DNA of 64,000 bases from Alphaproteobacteria bacterium (GTDB taxonomy: Bacteria > Pseudomonadota > Alphaproteobacteria > UBA828): positions 394,938 to 458,937 of the forward strand of contig CBDCQT010000005.1 in assembly GCA_965220745.1 (NCBI GenBank), read 5' to 3'. The position numbers were made by a program, and so were the translations under genes. The notes under the pieces are model-generated. The model saw nothing but the letters and a program-made list of their open reading frames with translations. It searched no databases and was not told the origin of the DNA. Shown one piece after another: positions 1 through 13,880 of this stretch; within the stretch, counting starts at the first letter, position 1, and each line of letters opens with the position of its first letter.

Positions 1-864
1 ACCGCCCATCGCCGCCACTTCGACCCCAACCAGGTGCAGATGTCGACGCTCTTGAGCATCAAGACCGGCGGCTGCCCCGAGGACTGCGCCTATTGCCCGC
101 AGAGCGCGCGCTACGACACCGGGCTGGACGCGGGCAAGCTGATGTCTCGCGACGAAGTGCTGGCCGAGGCCCGCCGGGCCCGCGATGCCGGGGCCACCCG
201 CTACTGCATGGGCGCCGCCTGGCGCAGCCCGAAGGACCGCGACCTGGATGCGGTGGCCGAGATGGTCGCCGGCGTCAAGGCGCTCGGCATGGAGACCTGC
301 GTCACCCTCGGCATGCTGAGCGCACCCCAGGCCGCACGCCTCGCCGACGCCGGTCTCGACTACTACAACCACAACCTCGACACCTCCGAATCGTTCTACG
401 GCGAGATCATCACCACGCGCACCTATCAGGACCGGCTCGACACCCTGGGCCACGTGCGCGATGCCGGCATCAACGTCTGCTGCGGCGGCATCGTCGGCAT
501 GGGCGAAGCGCGCCGCGATCGCGCGGACATGATCGCGACGCTTGCGAGCCTGCCGAGCCATCCGGAGAGCGTGCCCATCAACATGCTGGTGCAGGTCGAG
601 GGCACGCCGCTCAACGGCATGGACGCGCTCGATCCCTTCGAGTTCGTGCGCACGGTGGCGGTGGCACGCATCACCATGCCGGGCTCGGTGGTGCGGCTCT
701 CCGCCGGGCGCGAGCAAATGTCGGACGAGATGCAGGCCCTGGCGTTCCTCGCCGGCGCCAACTCGGTGTTCGTAGGGCCCGAGCTGCTCACGACGCCCAA
801 TCCCGGCCGCGAACGAGACACCCAGCTCTTCGCCCGCCTCGGCATCGCGCCGATGCCGGCTTAG
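1..864 (+). CDS. bioB: Biotin synthase (5'-truncated by window edge)
   Basis: Frame open from base 1 ([24 protein letters not shown]); radical [11 protein letters not shown] motif, YNHNLDT, PESVPIN, RLSAGR. Confidence 0.97.
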   Translation, partial: TAHRRHFDPNQVQMSTLLSIKTGGCPEDCAYCPQSARYDTGLDAGKLMSRDEVLAEARRARDAGATRYCMGAAWRSPKDRDLDAVAEMVAGVKALGMETCVTLGMLSAPQAARLADAGLDYYNHNLDTSESFYGEIITTRTYQDRLDTLGHVRDAGINVCCGGIVGMGEARRDRADMIATLASLPSHPESVPINMLVQVEGTPLNGMDALDPFEFVRTVAVARITMPGSVVRLSAGREQMSDEMQALAFLAGANSVFVGPELLTTPNPGRERDTQLFARLGIAPMPA

Positions 865-912
865 GGCGCGGGCGGGCTAGCGCTCGCCGCGGCACGCCGC
901 ACCCCCGATGAC

Positions 913-2196
913 ATGACCGTGCCGTCGCCTCCCGACTGGCTGGCCGAGGGCTACGGCCACGTCTGGCTGCCCTACACGCAGATGGCGAGCGCGCCGCCGC
1001 CGCTGCCGGTGGCCGAGACCAGGGGCACGCGCATCGTCCTCGCCGATGGCCGCGAGCTGATCGACGGAATCGCGTCGTGGTGGACCGCCTGCCACGGCTA
1101 CAACCACCCGCACATCCGCGCCGCCGTCGCCAAGCAGTTGGAGCGCATGCCCCACGTGATGTTCGGCGGCCTCGCCAACGAGCCCGCGCTCAGGCTGGCC
1201 CGCCGCCTCGCCGGCATGCTCCCCGATCCGCTCAGCCGGGTGTTCTTCTCGGAATCGGGCTCGGTGGCGGTGGAGATCGCGCTCAAGATGGCGCTGCAGT
1301 ACTGGCTCAACCAGGGCGTGCGCGGCCGCCACCGCTTCGTGAGCTTCCAGGGCGCCTATCACGGCGACACCTTCGCCGCCATGTCGGTGTGCGATCCCGA
1401 GGAGGGCATGCACAGCCTGTTCGCCGGCGCGCTGCCGGAGCAGCACGTGGTGCCGTTGCCCGAGGGCGAGGCGGGTATCGCCGCCTTCGATGCCTACCTC
1501 GCCCGCCATGGGGAGGATGTGGCGGCGGTCATCGTCGAGCCGCTGGTCCAGGGCGCGGGCGGGATGCGCTTCCACGCGCCGGAGGTGCTGCACACCCTGC
1601 GTGCGGCCTGCGACAGGCACGACCTGCTGCTCATCGCCGACGAGATCATGACCGGGTTCGGCCGCACCGGCACGCTCTTCGCCTGCGAGCAGGCGGACGT
1701 GGTGCCGGACATCGTCACGCTCTCCAAGGCGCTCACCGGCGGCACCATGGCGCTGGCTGCCACGGTGGCGCGCGAGCGGGTGTTCGAGGCCTTCCTCTCG
1801 AACGACCCCGATGCCGCTCTCATGCACGGGCCGACCTTCATGGCCAATCCCCTGGCTTGCGCCGCCGCCAACGCCTCCCTCGACCTGTTCGAGCAGGAGC
1901 CCCGCCTTGCGCAGGCGCGCGCCATCGAAACCCACCTCACCGCCGCTCTGGAGCCTGCGCGGGGGCTGCCCGGCGTGCTCGATGTTCGGACGCGAGGCGC
2001 CATCGGCGTCATCCAGATCGACGACATGAGCCGCATCAACTGGCTCAAGGCGCGGTTCGTCGAGGCCGGCGTCTGGGTCCGGCCCTTCGGCGATATCGTC
2101 TACGTGACCCCCGCGCTCACCATCGACAAGGCCGACCTCTCCCGGCTCACGGACGCGCTGATCGACGTCGTCACGGCGTGGTCAAGGGAGCGTTAG
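913..2196 (+). CDS. bioA: Adenosylmethionine-8-amino-7-oxononanoate aminotransferase
   Basis: WLPYTQM, DGIASWW, SGSVAVEIALKMA, DEIMTGFGRTG, PLP Lys in LSKALTGG, HGPTFMANPLAC; follows bioB. Confidence 0.96.
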   Translation: MTVPSPPDWLAEGYGHVWLPYTQMASAPPPLPVAETRGTRIVLADGRELIDGIASWWTACHGYNHPHIRAAVAKQLERMPHVMFGGLANEPALRLARRLAGMLPDPLSRVFFSESGSVAVEIALKMALQYWLNQGVRGRHRFVSFQGAYHGDTFAAMSVCDPEEGMHSLFAGALPEQHVVPLPEGEAGIAAFDAYLARHGEDVAAVIVEPLVQGAGGMRFHAPEVLHTLRAACDRHDLLLIADEIMTGFGRTGTLFACEQADVVPDIVTLSKALTGGTMALAATVARERVFEAFLSNDPDAALMHGPTFMANPLACAAANASLDLFEQEPRLAQARAIETHLTAALEPARGLPGVLDVRTRGAIGVIQIDDMSRINWLKARFVEAGVWVRPFGDIVYVTPALTIDKADLSRLTDALIDVVTAWSRER

Positions 2197-2210
2197 CGCC
2201 CGCCCAAGCC

Positions 2211-3803
2211 TCAGTCGAACACGACCGAGGGCAGCCAGGTGGTGAGCTCGGGAAACAGGCCGAGCACGGCGAGCGCGGCAAGCTGGATGATGACGAAGGG
2301 AATGACCCCCCGGTAGATCTCACCGGTGCGCACCGTGCGCGGCGCGACGCCACGCAGGTAGAAGAGCGAGAAGCCGAAGGGCGGGGTCAGGAACGAGGTC
2401 TGCAGGTTCACCGCCATCATGATGCCGAGCCAGATCGGATTGATGTCCATCTGCAGCAGCACCGGCGCGATGATCGGGACCACCACGAAGGTGATCTCGA
2501 TAAAGTCGAGGAAGAAGCCGAGCGCGAACATGATCAGCATGACCACGAGCATCGCGCCGATGACTCCGCCCGGCACGTTCGAGAGCGCCTGGTGGACCAT
2601 CTCGTCGCCGCCGAGGCCGCGGAACACCAGCGAGAACATGGCGGCACCGATCAGGATGACGAAGACCATGGCGCTGATCTGCATGGTCGAGCGCATGACC
2701 GGCACGAGCACGCCGGCGCGCCAGACCCGCCAGAGGCTCGTCCAGATCCCGTAGACGAGAAGCCCGCAGCAGATGAAGGCGACGACGGCCGGCGCGCCGA
2801 TGCCGGCCCGTGTGATTACGAGGTCGAACTGCCCGGCGAGGATCATCATCAGGATCAAGGCGCCGCCCGCGAGGTAGAGCGGGGCGCTGCCGACGCTGCG
2901 CTCGAGCCTGGTGCCGCCTTCGGGCGCGAGCCGGGCGCCCGCGAGGATCAGCGAGCCCACGGCGCCCACCGCCGCAGCCTCGGTCGGGGTCGCGATGCCG
3001 CCGAGGATGGAACCCAGAACGGCGATGATGAGCACGATCGGCGGCACCAGCGCGCGGCCGGTGCGCCGCCACACCTCGCGCCAGTCGCCGCCCAGCTCGC
3101 CGCGCGGAATCGCCGGGGCCGCCGCCGGGCGCAGCCAGGCGACGACCATCAGATAGAGCATGTAGAGGCCGACCAGCACCATGCCCGGCAGCAGGGCGCC
3201 GGCGAAGAGGTCGCCCACCGAGACCGGCTCCGGCGACCAGTTGCCGATGGCGCGCTGGGCATCGACATAGGCGTTGGAGATCTGCTCGCCGAGGATCACG
3301 AGGACGATGGAGGGCGGGATGATCTGGCCCAAGGTGCCGGAGGCGCAGATCGTCCCGGTCGCGAGCTTGGGGTCGTAGCCGCGCCTCAGCATCGTCGGCA
3401 GCGAGAGCAGGCCCATGGTCACAACCGTGGCGCCCACGATCCCGGTGGAGGCGGCGAGCAGCGCGCCAACGGCAATCACCGAGAGCCCGATGCCGCCGCG
3501 CAGGCCGCCGAAGAGGCGCCCCATGGCCTCGAGCAGCTCTTCCGCCACCTTCGAGCGTTCCAGCATCACACCCATGAAGATGAAGAGCGGCACCGCGATC
3601 AGCACCTCGTTCCACATCGCGTTGCCGAAGATGCGCTGCGGCATGGCGCGCAAGAAGCTGATGTCGAAGACGCCGAAGGCGTAGGAGAAGAGCCCGAACA
3701 GCGCGGCCACGCCCGAGAGCGTGAAGGCGACCGGGAAGCCCGCCAGAAGGCAGGCGAAGGTCGTCACGAACATGACGATGACCAGGACTTCGCCGATGGG
3801 CAT
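2211..3803 (-). CDS. TRAP transporter large permease (DctM-like)
   Basis: Highly hydrophobic; SGTLGQIIPPS, TPTEAAAVGA, QTSFLTPPFG motifs. Confidence 0.93.
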   Translation of the reverse strand: MPIGEVLVIVMFVTTFACLLAGFPVAFTLSGVAALFGLFSYAFGVFDISFLRAMPQRIFGNAMWNEVLIAVPLFIFMGVMLERSKVAEELLEAMGRLFGGLRGGIGLSVIAVGALLAASTGIVGATVVTMGLLSLPTMLRRGYDPKLATGTICASGTLGQIIPPSIVLVILGEQISNAYVDAQRAIGNWSPEPVSVGDLFAGALLPGMVLVGLYMLYLMVVAWLRPAAAPAIPRGELGGDWREVWRRTGRALVPPIVLIIAVLGSILGGIATPTEAAAVGAVGSLILAGARLAPEGGTRLERSVGSAPLYLAGGALILMMILAGQFDLVITRAGIGAPAVVAFICCGLLVYGIWTSLWRVWRAGVLVPVMRSTMQISAMVFVILIGAAMFSLVFRGLGGDEMVHQALSNVPGGVIGAMLVVMLIMFALGFFLDFIEITFVVVPIIAPVLLQMDINPIWLGIMMAVNLQTSFLTPPFGFSLFYLRGVAPRTVRTGEIYRGVIPFVIIQLAALAVLGLFPELTTWLPSVVFD

Positions 3804-3809
3804 GGCGTA

Positions 3810-4373
3810 TCAGGCGGTCCCGCCGCCGGCTTCTGCGATGTCGTCGTGGCTCGCCTGGCGGCCGGCAAGGGTCAGCAACGCGTGAAACGCGAGGGAGAGT
3901 CCCTGAAAGGCGATCAGCACCACGAACGCGAGGATCATCGACTTCAGCGCATAGATCGCCGGAATGCCGCTGGTTTCCGCCGAGCTTTCGAACACCGACC
4001 AGGACTGCTCCACATAGGGCCAGCTCGCCCAGCCGATGATCACGCAAACCGGCATTAGAAACAGAATCACGCCCATGAGATCGATGAGCGCGCGCCGGCG
4101 CGGGCGCGCATCGCGGTAGAAGATATCGACCCGGACGTGACCGCCGTGGAGCAGCGTGTAGCCCGCACCAACCAGAAAGAGGGTGGCGTGGAGGTAGATC
4201 ACTCCCTCCTGCATCGCGATGAAGCCCCACCCAAAGATGTAGCGCATCACCACGACGACGAACTGAAGGAGCACCATGAGCAGCGCGAGCCACGACGCGA
4301 CGCGGCCGACGTGCTCGTTGACCACGTCGATTGCGCGTGTGAGCGCGGCTATTACCGAGAGAGACGCCTGCAT
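3810..4373 (-). CDS. TRAP transporter small permease (DctQ-like)
   Basis: About 4 TM helices, GHVRVDIFY motif; lies between SBP and DctM. Confidence 0.92.
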   Translation of the reverse strand: MQASLSVIAALTRAIDVVNEHVGRVASWLALLMVLLQFVVVVMRYIFGWGFIAMQEGVIYLHATLFLVGAGYTLLHGGHVRVDIFYRDARPRRRALIDLMGVILFLMPVCVIIGWASWPYVEQSWSVFESSAETSGIPAIYALKSMILAFVVLIAFQGLSLAFHALLTLAGRQASHDDIAEAGGGTA

Positions 4374-4544
4374 CTCATGTCAGCCGGCCGGCGCTCCTTT
4401 CAGGCGGCCAGCGCTCAGGCGCGGCGGCGGCCCTCATGCCCGCCTCTCCGACGCCCCGCAGCGGCGCCGGGCTATTTTCGTTGCGACGGCGCCGTTCAGG
4501 GCGGGCTTGCACCGCCCGCCCCGAACGCACGCCTGGCCGGCGTA

Positions 4545-5651
4545 CTACGCGGTCAGGAGCCGGGCGTTCCCGTAAGCCAACTCCGAGCGCTCGTGGTAGG
4601 GCACCGCAGTCTTGCGGAATGCGCTGAAGCTTTCGTAGACGCGTTGCGTGATGCCGCCTTCGGCGCCGACCTCGGCGACCACGTCGGCCGAATTCTCTCC
4701 GAGCGCCTTCAACATCTCGTCCGACACGCGTCGCACCTGGACGCCGTGCTCGTTGATGAGCGTGTCCAGCGCCCCGGCGTTACGCGCGTTGAACTCGGCC
4801 AGCATGGCGGCGTTGTCGGCTGCGCAGCAGCTCTCGATCAGGCTCTGGTCCGCGGCGCTGAGGCTCTCCCACACGCCACGGTTGACGCCGCAGGTCAGGA
4901 CCGTGCCGGGCTCGTGGAAACCGGGCCAGTAGTAGTACTTGGTCACCTTGTAAAAGCCGAAGGCGAGGTCGTTCCACGGCCCCACCCATTCGGTGGCGTC
5001 GATGGTGCCGGCCTCAAGCGCGGGATAGATCTCGCCGCCCGGCAGCAGCAGGGCGTTCGCGCCGATGCGGCGCAGCACCTCGCCGCCGAGGCCCGGCATG
5101 CGCATCTTCAGGCCCTTGTAGTCCTCGAGCGAGTTCATCTCCTTGTTGAACCAGCCGCCCCACTGGACGCCGGTGTTGCCGGCGAGGAAGGGCTTCACGT
5201 TGAAGTCGGCGGATAGCTCGTCCCAGAGCTCCTGGCCGCCTGCATGGTAGATCCAGGCATTGACCTCGTCCGCGGTGAGCCCGAAGGGCACGGTGGCGAA
5301 GAAGTTGAAGGCCTTGGACTTGCCCTGCCAGTAGTACTCGGCGGAGTGGTACATGTCCGCAGCGCCCTCCGAGACCGCGTCGAAGCAGCCCAGGGGCGGC
5401 ACCAGCTCGCCGCCGCCATAGTGCTTGACCTCGATCCGCCCCTCGGTCGCATTCGTGATGCGGTCGGCAAGCCGCTGCGCGCCGGTGCCGAGGCCGGGGA
5501 ACTGCTTCGGCCACGAGGTGGCCAGTTTGAGTTGCATCTTGCCCTGCGAGATCGCGGGCGCCGGGAACGACGATGCCGCCGCGGCCGCCACGGCGGCTCC
5601 TGCGATGGCCGTTCCCTTGAGAAGGCTGCGTCTTCCGATCTTCGTACTCAT
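4545..5651 (-). CDS. TRAP substrate-binding protein (TakP/2-oxoacid-lactate type), Tat signal
   Basis: Start taken at MSTKIGRRSLLKG (twin-Arg) behind AAGGA; KMRMPGLGG, DATEWVGP, YYWPGFHEPG. Confidence 0.9.
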   Translation of the reverse strand: MSTKIGRRSLLKGTAIAGAAVAAAAASSFPAPAISQGKMQLKLATSWPKQFPGLGTGAQRLADRITNATEGRIEVKHYGGGELVPPLGCFDAVSEGAADMYHSAEYYWQGKSKAFNFFATVPFGLTADEVNAWIYHAGGQELWDELSADFNVKPFLAGNTGVQWGGWFNKEMNSLEDYKGLKMRMPGLGGEVLRRIGANALLLPGGEIYPALEAGTIDATEWVGPWNDLAFGFYKVTKYYYWPGFHEPGTVLTCGVNRGVWESLSAADQSLIESCCAADNAAMLAEFNARNAGALDTLINEHGVQVRRVSDEMLKALGENSADVVAEVGAEGGITQRVYESFSAFRKTAVPYHERSELAYGNARLLTA

Positions 5652-5680
5652 TTCCTTGGGTCTCCCTTCGATGGTTCCGG

Positions 5681-6478
5681 TCAATGGTCCGAGACGCCCT
5701 GACCGTCCGGTCGGGCGTCGAGGATGGTCCAGCCCTCCGGGCCGTGCACCTCGAGCGGGCGAAAGCGGGCCTTGTAGTCCATCTTATCGCAGCCGTCGAT
5801 CCAGTAGCCGAGGTAGAGGTAGGGCAGCGCTTGCGCGCGCGCCTCTTCCACGAGCCTGAGAATCATGTAGCTGCCCGGACTGTCCTTGACCCGCGTGGGT
5901 TCGTAGAAGGAATACACTGCAGAGAGCCCGTCGGCGACGACATCGAACACGCAGACGCCGTAGAGCCGTCCGCCGGGGCTGCGGAACTCGGCGAGGCGGG
6001 TCTCGACCGCGCTCTCCTCGACAAGTGCGCCGTAGCCCTCGCGCCCCATGGCAGCCATCGTGCCGTCCGGGTGCCGCGCCGCCAGATAGCGCCGGAAGAG
6101 CGCGTAATGATCGGGCCGCGCCAGCGCTGGCAGCACGTTGAGCGTGATTCCCGCATTGCGCGCGACGACCCGGCGGAGCGAGCGGCTCGGCACGAACGCA
6201 TCGGCACGGACCCGTGCGGAAACACAGGCCCGGCAGCCGGGGCAGGCGGGGCGGTAGGCGGCCAGGTGGCTGCGGCGGAAGCCTCCGCGCAGCATCTCGT
6301 CGTAAGCGGTCTCGGCGCGGGAGCCCGCAAGCGGGGTGACGATCGAGCGCTCCAGGCGCCCCGGCAAGTAGGGGCAAGGGCGGAGCGGCGTCACACCCAG
6401 AAACTTGAGACCGTCGCCATGCGGCGCGCGCGTCCGCGCCGGGTGCTGGCTTACGAGCGGGCGATTTTCGCTGGTCAT
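5681..6478 (-). CDS. ate: Arginyl-tRNA-protein transferase / aspartate-glutamate leucyltransferase (Ate/Bpt family)
   Basis: PCPYLPGR, GFRRSH, CPGCRAC, GLSAVYSFY, YLYLGYWI..C.KMDYK; start chosen at MTSENRP below a TATAAT box. Confidence 0.9.
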   Translation of the reverse strand: MTSENRPLVSQHPARTRAPHGDGLKFLGVTPLRPCPYLPGRLERSIVTPLAGSRAETAYDEMLRGGFRRSHLAAYRPACPGCRACVSARVRADAFVPSRSLRRVVARNAGITLNVLPALARPDHYALFRRYLAARHPDGTMAAMGREGYGALVEESAVETRLAEFRSPGGRLYGVCVFDVVADGLSAVYSFYEPTRVKDSPGSYMILRLVEEARAQALPYLYLGYWIDGCDKMDYKARFRPLEVHGPEGWTILDARPDGQGVSDH

Positions 6479-6485
6479 CGGCTTG

Positions 6486-6513
6486 ATTATAGGGCCGCGC
6501 CGCGGTTCGCCAA
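6486..6513 (-). promoter_or_regulatory. Sigma70-type promoter of ate (probably leaderless)
   Basis: Minus strand TTGGCG-16 nt-TATAAT-7 nt-ATG, no Shine-Dalgarno. Confidence 0.55.
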
Positions 6514-6870
6514 GGAGTCGGTTACGCTTTGCCTCTCGCACGCGATGTGTTCGGTCGACCTGGTACACAGTTGTTCGGTTCGTGATTGTCCCTGGGAATA
6601 GTGCCTCACATGTACCAGACACCGCTGCACAAGGAGCACGCACTAACCGCGATAGTCTATGCCACGAAATTTCCTACAGCAATATTTTTTGCTAATTTTA
6701 CAAAATTTACAAAGTCCACTCTTGTGCTGGGAAACTGGAAGTCCAGAGTTGCCTTCGACCGCATGACCACTTCCCCACAGGCCAACAACAGCAACCGAAG
6801 CGGTCAACTCATCTGGTACACAAACCGGTCAGTTCAGATTGTTCTCGACAGACCCGGTAAGGATTCCGGG

Positions 6871-8133
6871 CTAAATCGCCCGCCAGCCGATGTCCCGGCG
6901 GCAAAATCCCTCGGGCCAGTCGATGCGCCCGACGGCCTCGTAGGCGCAGCTCTGGGCCGCAGTGACGTCGGCGCCCAGCGCCGTCACGCCAAGCACGCGC
7001 CCGCCTGCGGCGACGACGCCGACATCGGTGCGCGCCGTCCCCGCGTGGAACACCGTGACGTCGTCGAGGTCTTCTGCTGCGTCGATCCCGCGGATCGCGC
7101 TGCCCTTCTCGTAGGCGCCCGGATAGCCTTGCGTGGCGAGCACCACGCAAAGCGCCGCCTCATCGCGCCAGCGCAGGTCGAATTCCTTGAGCTCGCCATC
7201 GTGCGCCGCGATCAGCGCGGCCAGCAGGTCGGACTTGAGCCGGGGCATGAGCACCTGGCATTCCGGATCGCCGAAGCGGGCGTTGACCTCCAGCAGCTTT
7301 GGCCCGTCGGCGGTGAGCATCAGCCCGGCGTAGAAGACACCGGTATAGGGGCTGCTCTCCGCCGCAAGGCCGCGCACGAGCGGCTCGACGATGCCCGTCC
7401 GCGTCTCCTCACAGAGCGCCGGTGTCATCGCAGGCGCCGGCGAATAGGCGCCCATGCCGCCGGTGTTGGGTCCTGTATCGCCTTCGCCCACCGCCTTGTG
7501 GTCCTGCGCCGTCTCCAGCGGCAGCACGGTCTCGCCGTCGACCAGGGCGAAATAGCTTGCCTCCTCGCCCACCAGCATCTCCTCGATCACGAGTTCGGCG
7601 CCGGCCTCGCCGAAGGCACCGCCCAGCGCGGCTCGCGCCGCATCGAGGGCTTCGGCTTCGGTCTCCGCCAGCACGACACCCTTGCCGGCGGCGAGCCCGT
7701 CCGCCTTGACCACGAGCGGCGCGCCCAGCTCTGCGATGAAGGCCTCGGCGTCCGCGAGCGAGCCGATTCGCTTGTATGCGGCGGTCGGCACGCCGTGGCG
7801 AGCACAGAGGTCCTTCATGAAGCCCTTGGAACCCTCGATCCGGGCGGCGGCCGCGCGCGGGCCGAAGGCGGCAATGCCTTCGGCCTCCAGCCGGTCGACC
7901 AGGCCGGCGCAAAGCGGCGCCTCCGGCCCCACCACGACCAGATCGATCGCCTGCGCGCGGCAAAACGCCACCAGCCCGTCGAAATCCATGGGATCGAGCG
8001 CAACGCAGGTCGCCTCGTTCTCGATTCCCGCGTTTCCCGGCGCGCACCAGAGCCCTCCCAGCAGCGGCGACGCCGCGAGCTGCCAGCAGAGGGCATGCTC
8101 GCGGCCGCCCGAGCCCACGACCAAGACGTTCAT
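6871..8133 (-). CDS. purD: Phosphoribosylamine--glycine ligase
   Basis: [54 protein letters not shown]. Confidence 0.97.
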   Translation of the reverse strand: MNVLVVGSGGREHALCWQLAASPLLGGLWCAPGNAGIENEATCVALDPMDFDGLVAFCRAQAIDLVVVGPEAPLCAGLVDRLEAEGIAAFGPRAAAARIEGSKGFMKDLCARHGVPTAAYKRIGSLADAEAFIAELGAPLVVKADGLAAGKGVVLAETEAEALDAARAALGGAFGEAGAELVIEEMLVGEEASYFALVDGETVLPLETAQDHKAVGEGDTGPNTGGMGAYSPAPAMTPALCEETRTGIVEPLVRGLAAESSPYTGVFYAGLMLTADGPKLLEVNARFGDPECQVLMPRLKSDLLAALIAAHDGELKEFDLRWRDEAALCVVLATQGYPGAYEKGSAIRGIDAAEDLDDVTVFHAGTARTDVGVVAAGGRVLGVTALGADVTAAQSCAYEAVGRIDWPEGFCRRDIGWRAI

Positions 8134-8240
8134 TTGGGTCTCTCCGTGCCCGCAAATCGCGGCGTTACGATACACTCTCGGGCTCCCTACGGCCCGCGAT
8201 TCTCTCGCGGAATTTCTTGGCTTTTCGCCGTTTTTGCCGC

Positions 8241-8269
8241 TTGACGGTGGATAGGCCCATCACTAGGAT
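8241..8269 (+). promoter_or_regulatory. Sigma70 promoter of the str operon
   Basis: TTGACG-17 nt-TAGGAT, about 180 nt upstream of rpsL. Confidence 0.65.
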
Positions 8270-8447
8270 GCGCCACCCTCTTGCCGACGAGGCTGGTCGG
8301 CGCGCCCCACGGCGCCCGCCGCCATGCCTTGTGATCGAGAGAGTTTCCGATGGGTCGGCGCAGGCCGGCGGCGGGGAAGCGGGCGGATCCCGATTTTCCC
8401 GGTCCACCTGCACGCGCCGCACTGTCTGTTGAACCTGGAACGCCGCG

Positions 8448-8819
8448 ATGCCGACGATCAACCAACTGATTCGCAAGCCGCGCACGGCGCCTGCCGCACG
8501 AAACAAGGTGCCGGCGCTGCAGGCCTGCCCGCAGAAACGCGGCGTGTGTACCAGGGTCTACACGACGACGCCAAAGAAGCCGAACTCGGCGCTGCGCAAG
8601 GTCGCGCGCGTGCGGCTCACCAACGGATTCGAGGTGACCAGCTACATCCCCGGTGAGGGGCACAATCTTCAGGAGCACTCGGTGGTGATGATTCGCGGCG
8701 GCCGGGTGAAGGACCTGCCGGGCGTGCGCTACCACATCATTCGCGGCTCGCTCGACACCCAGGGTATCCAGGACCGCCGCCAGCGGCGCTCCAAGTACGG
8801 CGCTAAACGGCCCAAATAG
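8448..8819 (+). CDS. rpsL: 30S ribosomal protein S12
   Basis: [28 protein letters not shown]. Confidence 0.99.
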   Translation: MPTINQLIRKPRTAPAARNKVPALQACPQKRGVCTRVYTTTPKKPNSALRKVARVRLTNGFEVTSYIPGEGHNLQEHSVVMIRGGRVKDLPGVRYHIIRGSLDTQGIQDRRQRRSKYGAKRPK

Positions 8820-8840
8820 AGAACAAGAAGGAGCCGTCCA

Positions 8841-9311
8841 GTGTCACGCCGTCGCGCCGCAGAGCGCCGAACCGTTAACCCCGACCCCCGCCACGGGGAC
8901 GTGGTGCTGGCGAAGTTCATGAACTCGCTGATGCTCGACGGCAAGAAGTCGACAGCCGAGCGCATCGTCTATGGCGCGCTCGACCGGATCAGGGAGAAGA
9001 CCGGGCAAGACCCTGTCAGGGTCTTTCACGAGGCCCTCGACAACGTGAAGCCGGCGGTGGAGGTACGCTCGCGCCGCGTCGGCGGCGCCACCTACCAGGT
9101 GCCGACCGAGGTGCGGCCCGACCGGCGCCAGACGCTCGCCATTCGCTGGCTTATCGGCGCGACCCGGGACCGCTCCGAGACCACGATGGTCGACCGGCTC
9201 AGCAACGAACTCCTCGACGCCGCGGGAAACCGCGGCGTCGCCGTTAAGAGGCGGGAAGACACACACCGCATGGCCGAGGCCAACCGCGCCTTTTCGCATT
9301 ACCGCTGGTAG
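8841..9311 (+). CDS. rpsG: 30S ribosomal protein S7
   Basis: GTG start; [26 protein letters not shown]. Confidence 0.99.
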   Translation: MSRRRAAERRTVNPDPRHGDVVLAKFMNSLMLDGKKSTAERIVYGALDRIREKTGQDPVRVFHEALDNVKPAVEVRSRRVGGATYQVPTEVRPDRRQTLAIRWLIGATRDRSETTMVDRLSNELLDAAGNRGVAVKRREDTHRMAEANRAFSHYRW

Positions 9312-9336
9312 GCGTTGGCGTTCGCGGACAAGAACA

Positions 9337-11412
<2,076 letters not shown>

Positions 11413-11458
11413 TCGCGTGACCACGACCAAGATCAAGACCTCCTGAGAGAGAGCACCG

Positions 11459-12649
<1,191 letters not shown>

Positions 12650-12686
12650 ACCCAAACCGAGGCGGACAAGAGGCCGGGCACGCACG

Positions 12687-13001
<315 letters not shown>

Positions 13002-13010
13002 GAGGGCGTC

Positions 13011-13880
13011 ATGGCCGGCCAGGCGGCAGTGCGCAGGCGCACGGGCGTGATCACCGAGAAGCTCGGCATGTCCCGCGTCTTCAACGACGCCGGCGAGCAC
13101 GTGCCGGTGACCGTGCTGCGCGTGGACGGTTGTCAGGTCATCGCCCAGCGGACGCCTGATGCGGGCGGTTATGTCGCGCTCCAGCTCGGCGCCGGTCGGG
13201 TCAAGGTCAAGAACACCCCGCGTGCACTGCGCGGTCACTTCGCCAAGGCAAAGGTCGAGCCCAAGCGCCACGTGGCCGAGTTTCGGGTGAGCGAGGACGC
13301 TTTGGTGGATGTGGGCGCCACGCTCGGCGCCGATCACTTCGCCGCCGGCCAATTCGTCGATGCGGTCGGCACCTCCATCGGCAAGGGCTTCGCCGGCGGC
13401 ATGAAGCGGCACAATTTCTCGGGCCTGCGCGCGAGCCACGGCGTCTCCGTCTCGCACCGCTCCCACGGTTCGACCGGCCAGTGCCAGGATCCCGGCAAGG
13501 TCTTCAAGGGCAAGAAGATGGCGGGCCAGCTCGGGAACGCACGCGCGACCGTGCAGAACCTCCAGGTGGTGGCGACGGACGCGTCTCGGGGCCTGATCAT
13601 GGTCAAGGGCGGCGTCCCCGGCCCGAAGGGCGGCGTCGTGCTGCTCTCCGACGCGAAGAAGCGCAGCCTGCCGGACGATGTACCGTTTCCTGCAGGGCTC
13701 TTCGTACAGCCGGAACCGGAGCCGGCAGACCCTGAGCCTGAGGAGGACGTTCCCGCCGCCGAGGCTGAGGACGAGACCGCTGATGATGACAGCGGCGAGC
13801 CCGCCGAGGCGCAGGAGGAGGACGGCGACGAGGCTGCCGCCGAGGACGTTGCAGAGGGTGACGAGGAGGAGTCCTCGTGA
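13011..13880 (+). CDS. rplC: 50S ribosomal protein L3 with acidic C-terminal extension
   Basis: [44 protein letters not shown]. Confidence 0.98.
   Translation: MAGQAAVRRRTGVITEKLGMSRVFNDAGEHVPVTVLRVDGCQVIAQRTPDAGGYVALQLGAGRVKVKNTPRALRGHFAKAKVEPKRHVAEFRVSEDALVDVGATLGADHFAAGQFVDAVGTSIGKGFAGGMKRHNFSGLRASHGVSVSHRSHGSTGQCQDPGKVFKGKKMAGQLGNARATVQNLQVVATDASRGLIMVKGGVPGPKGGVVLLSDAKKRSLPDDVPFPAGLFVQPEPEPADPEPEEDVPAAEAEDETADDDSGEPAEAQEEDGDEAAAEDVAEGDEEESS

Noticed and set aside
1077-4058. 993-aa plus-strand ORF and many other long overlapping or antisense ORFs (e.g. 25102-26937, 36824-39847 extension, 50747-52576)
   Set aside because: Shadow frames of real high-GC genes; Arg/Ala/Gly-rich with no family motifs
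6660-6780. Replication origin (AT-rich stretch, TTCCCCACA)
   Set aside because: Only one degenerate DnaA-like box, and no hemE/dnaA/parAB context
6560-6844. CRISPR array or LexA/sigma54 sites from the CTGGTACA and GTTC repeats
   Set aside because: Too few, irregularly spaced repeats and no cas genes; GTTC spacing is not N7; GG-N10-GC spacing is not met
8276-8447. Structured rpsL leader as a riboswitch or ncRNA
   Set aside because: GC-rich hairpins are present but match no family I can recognise
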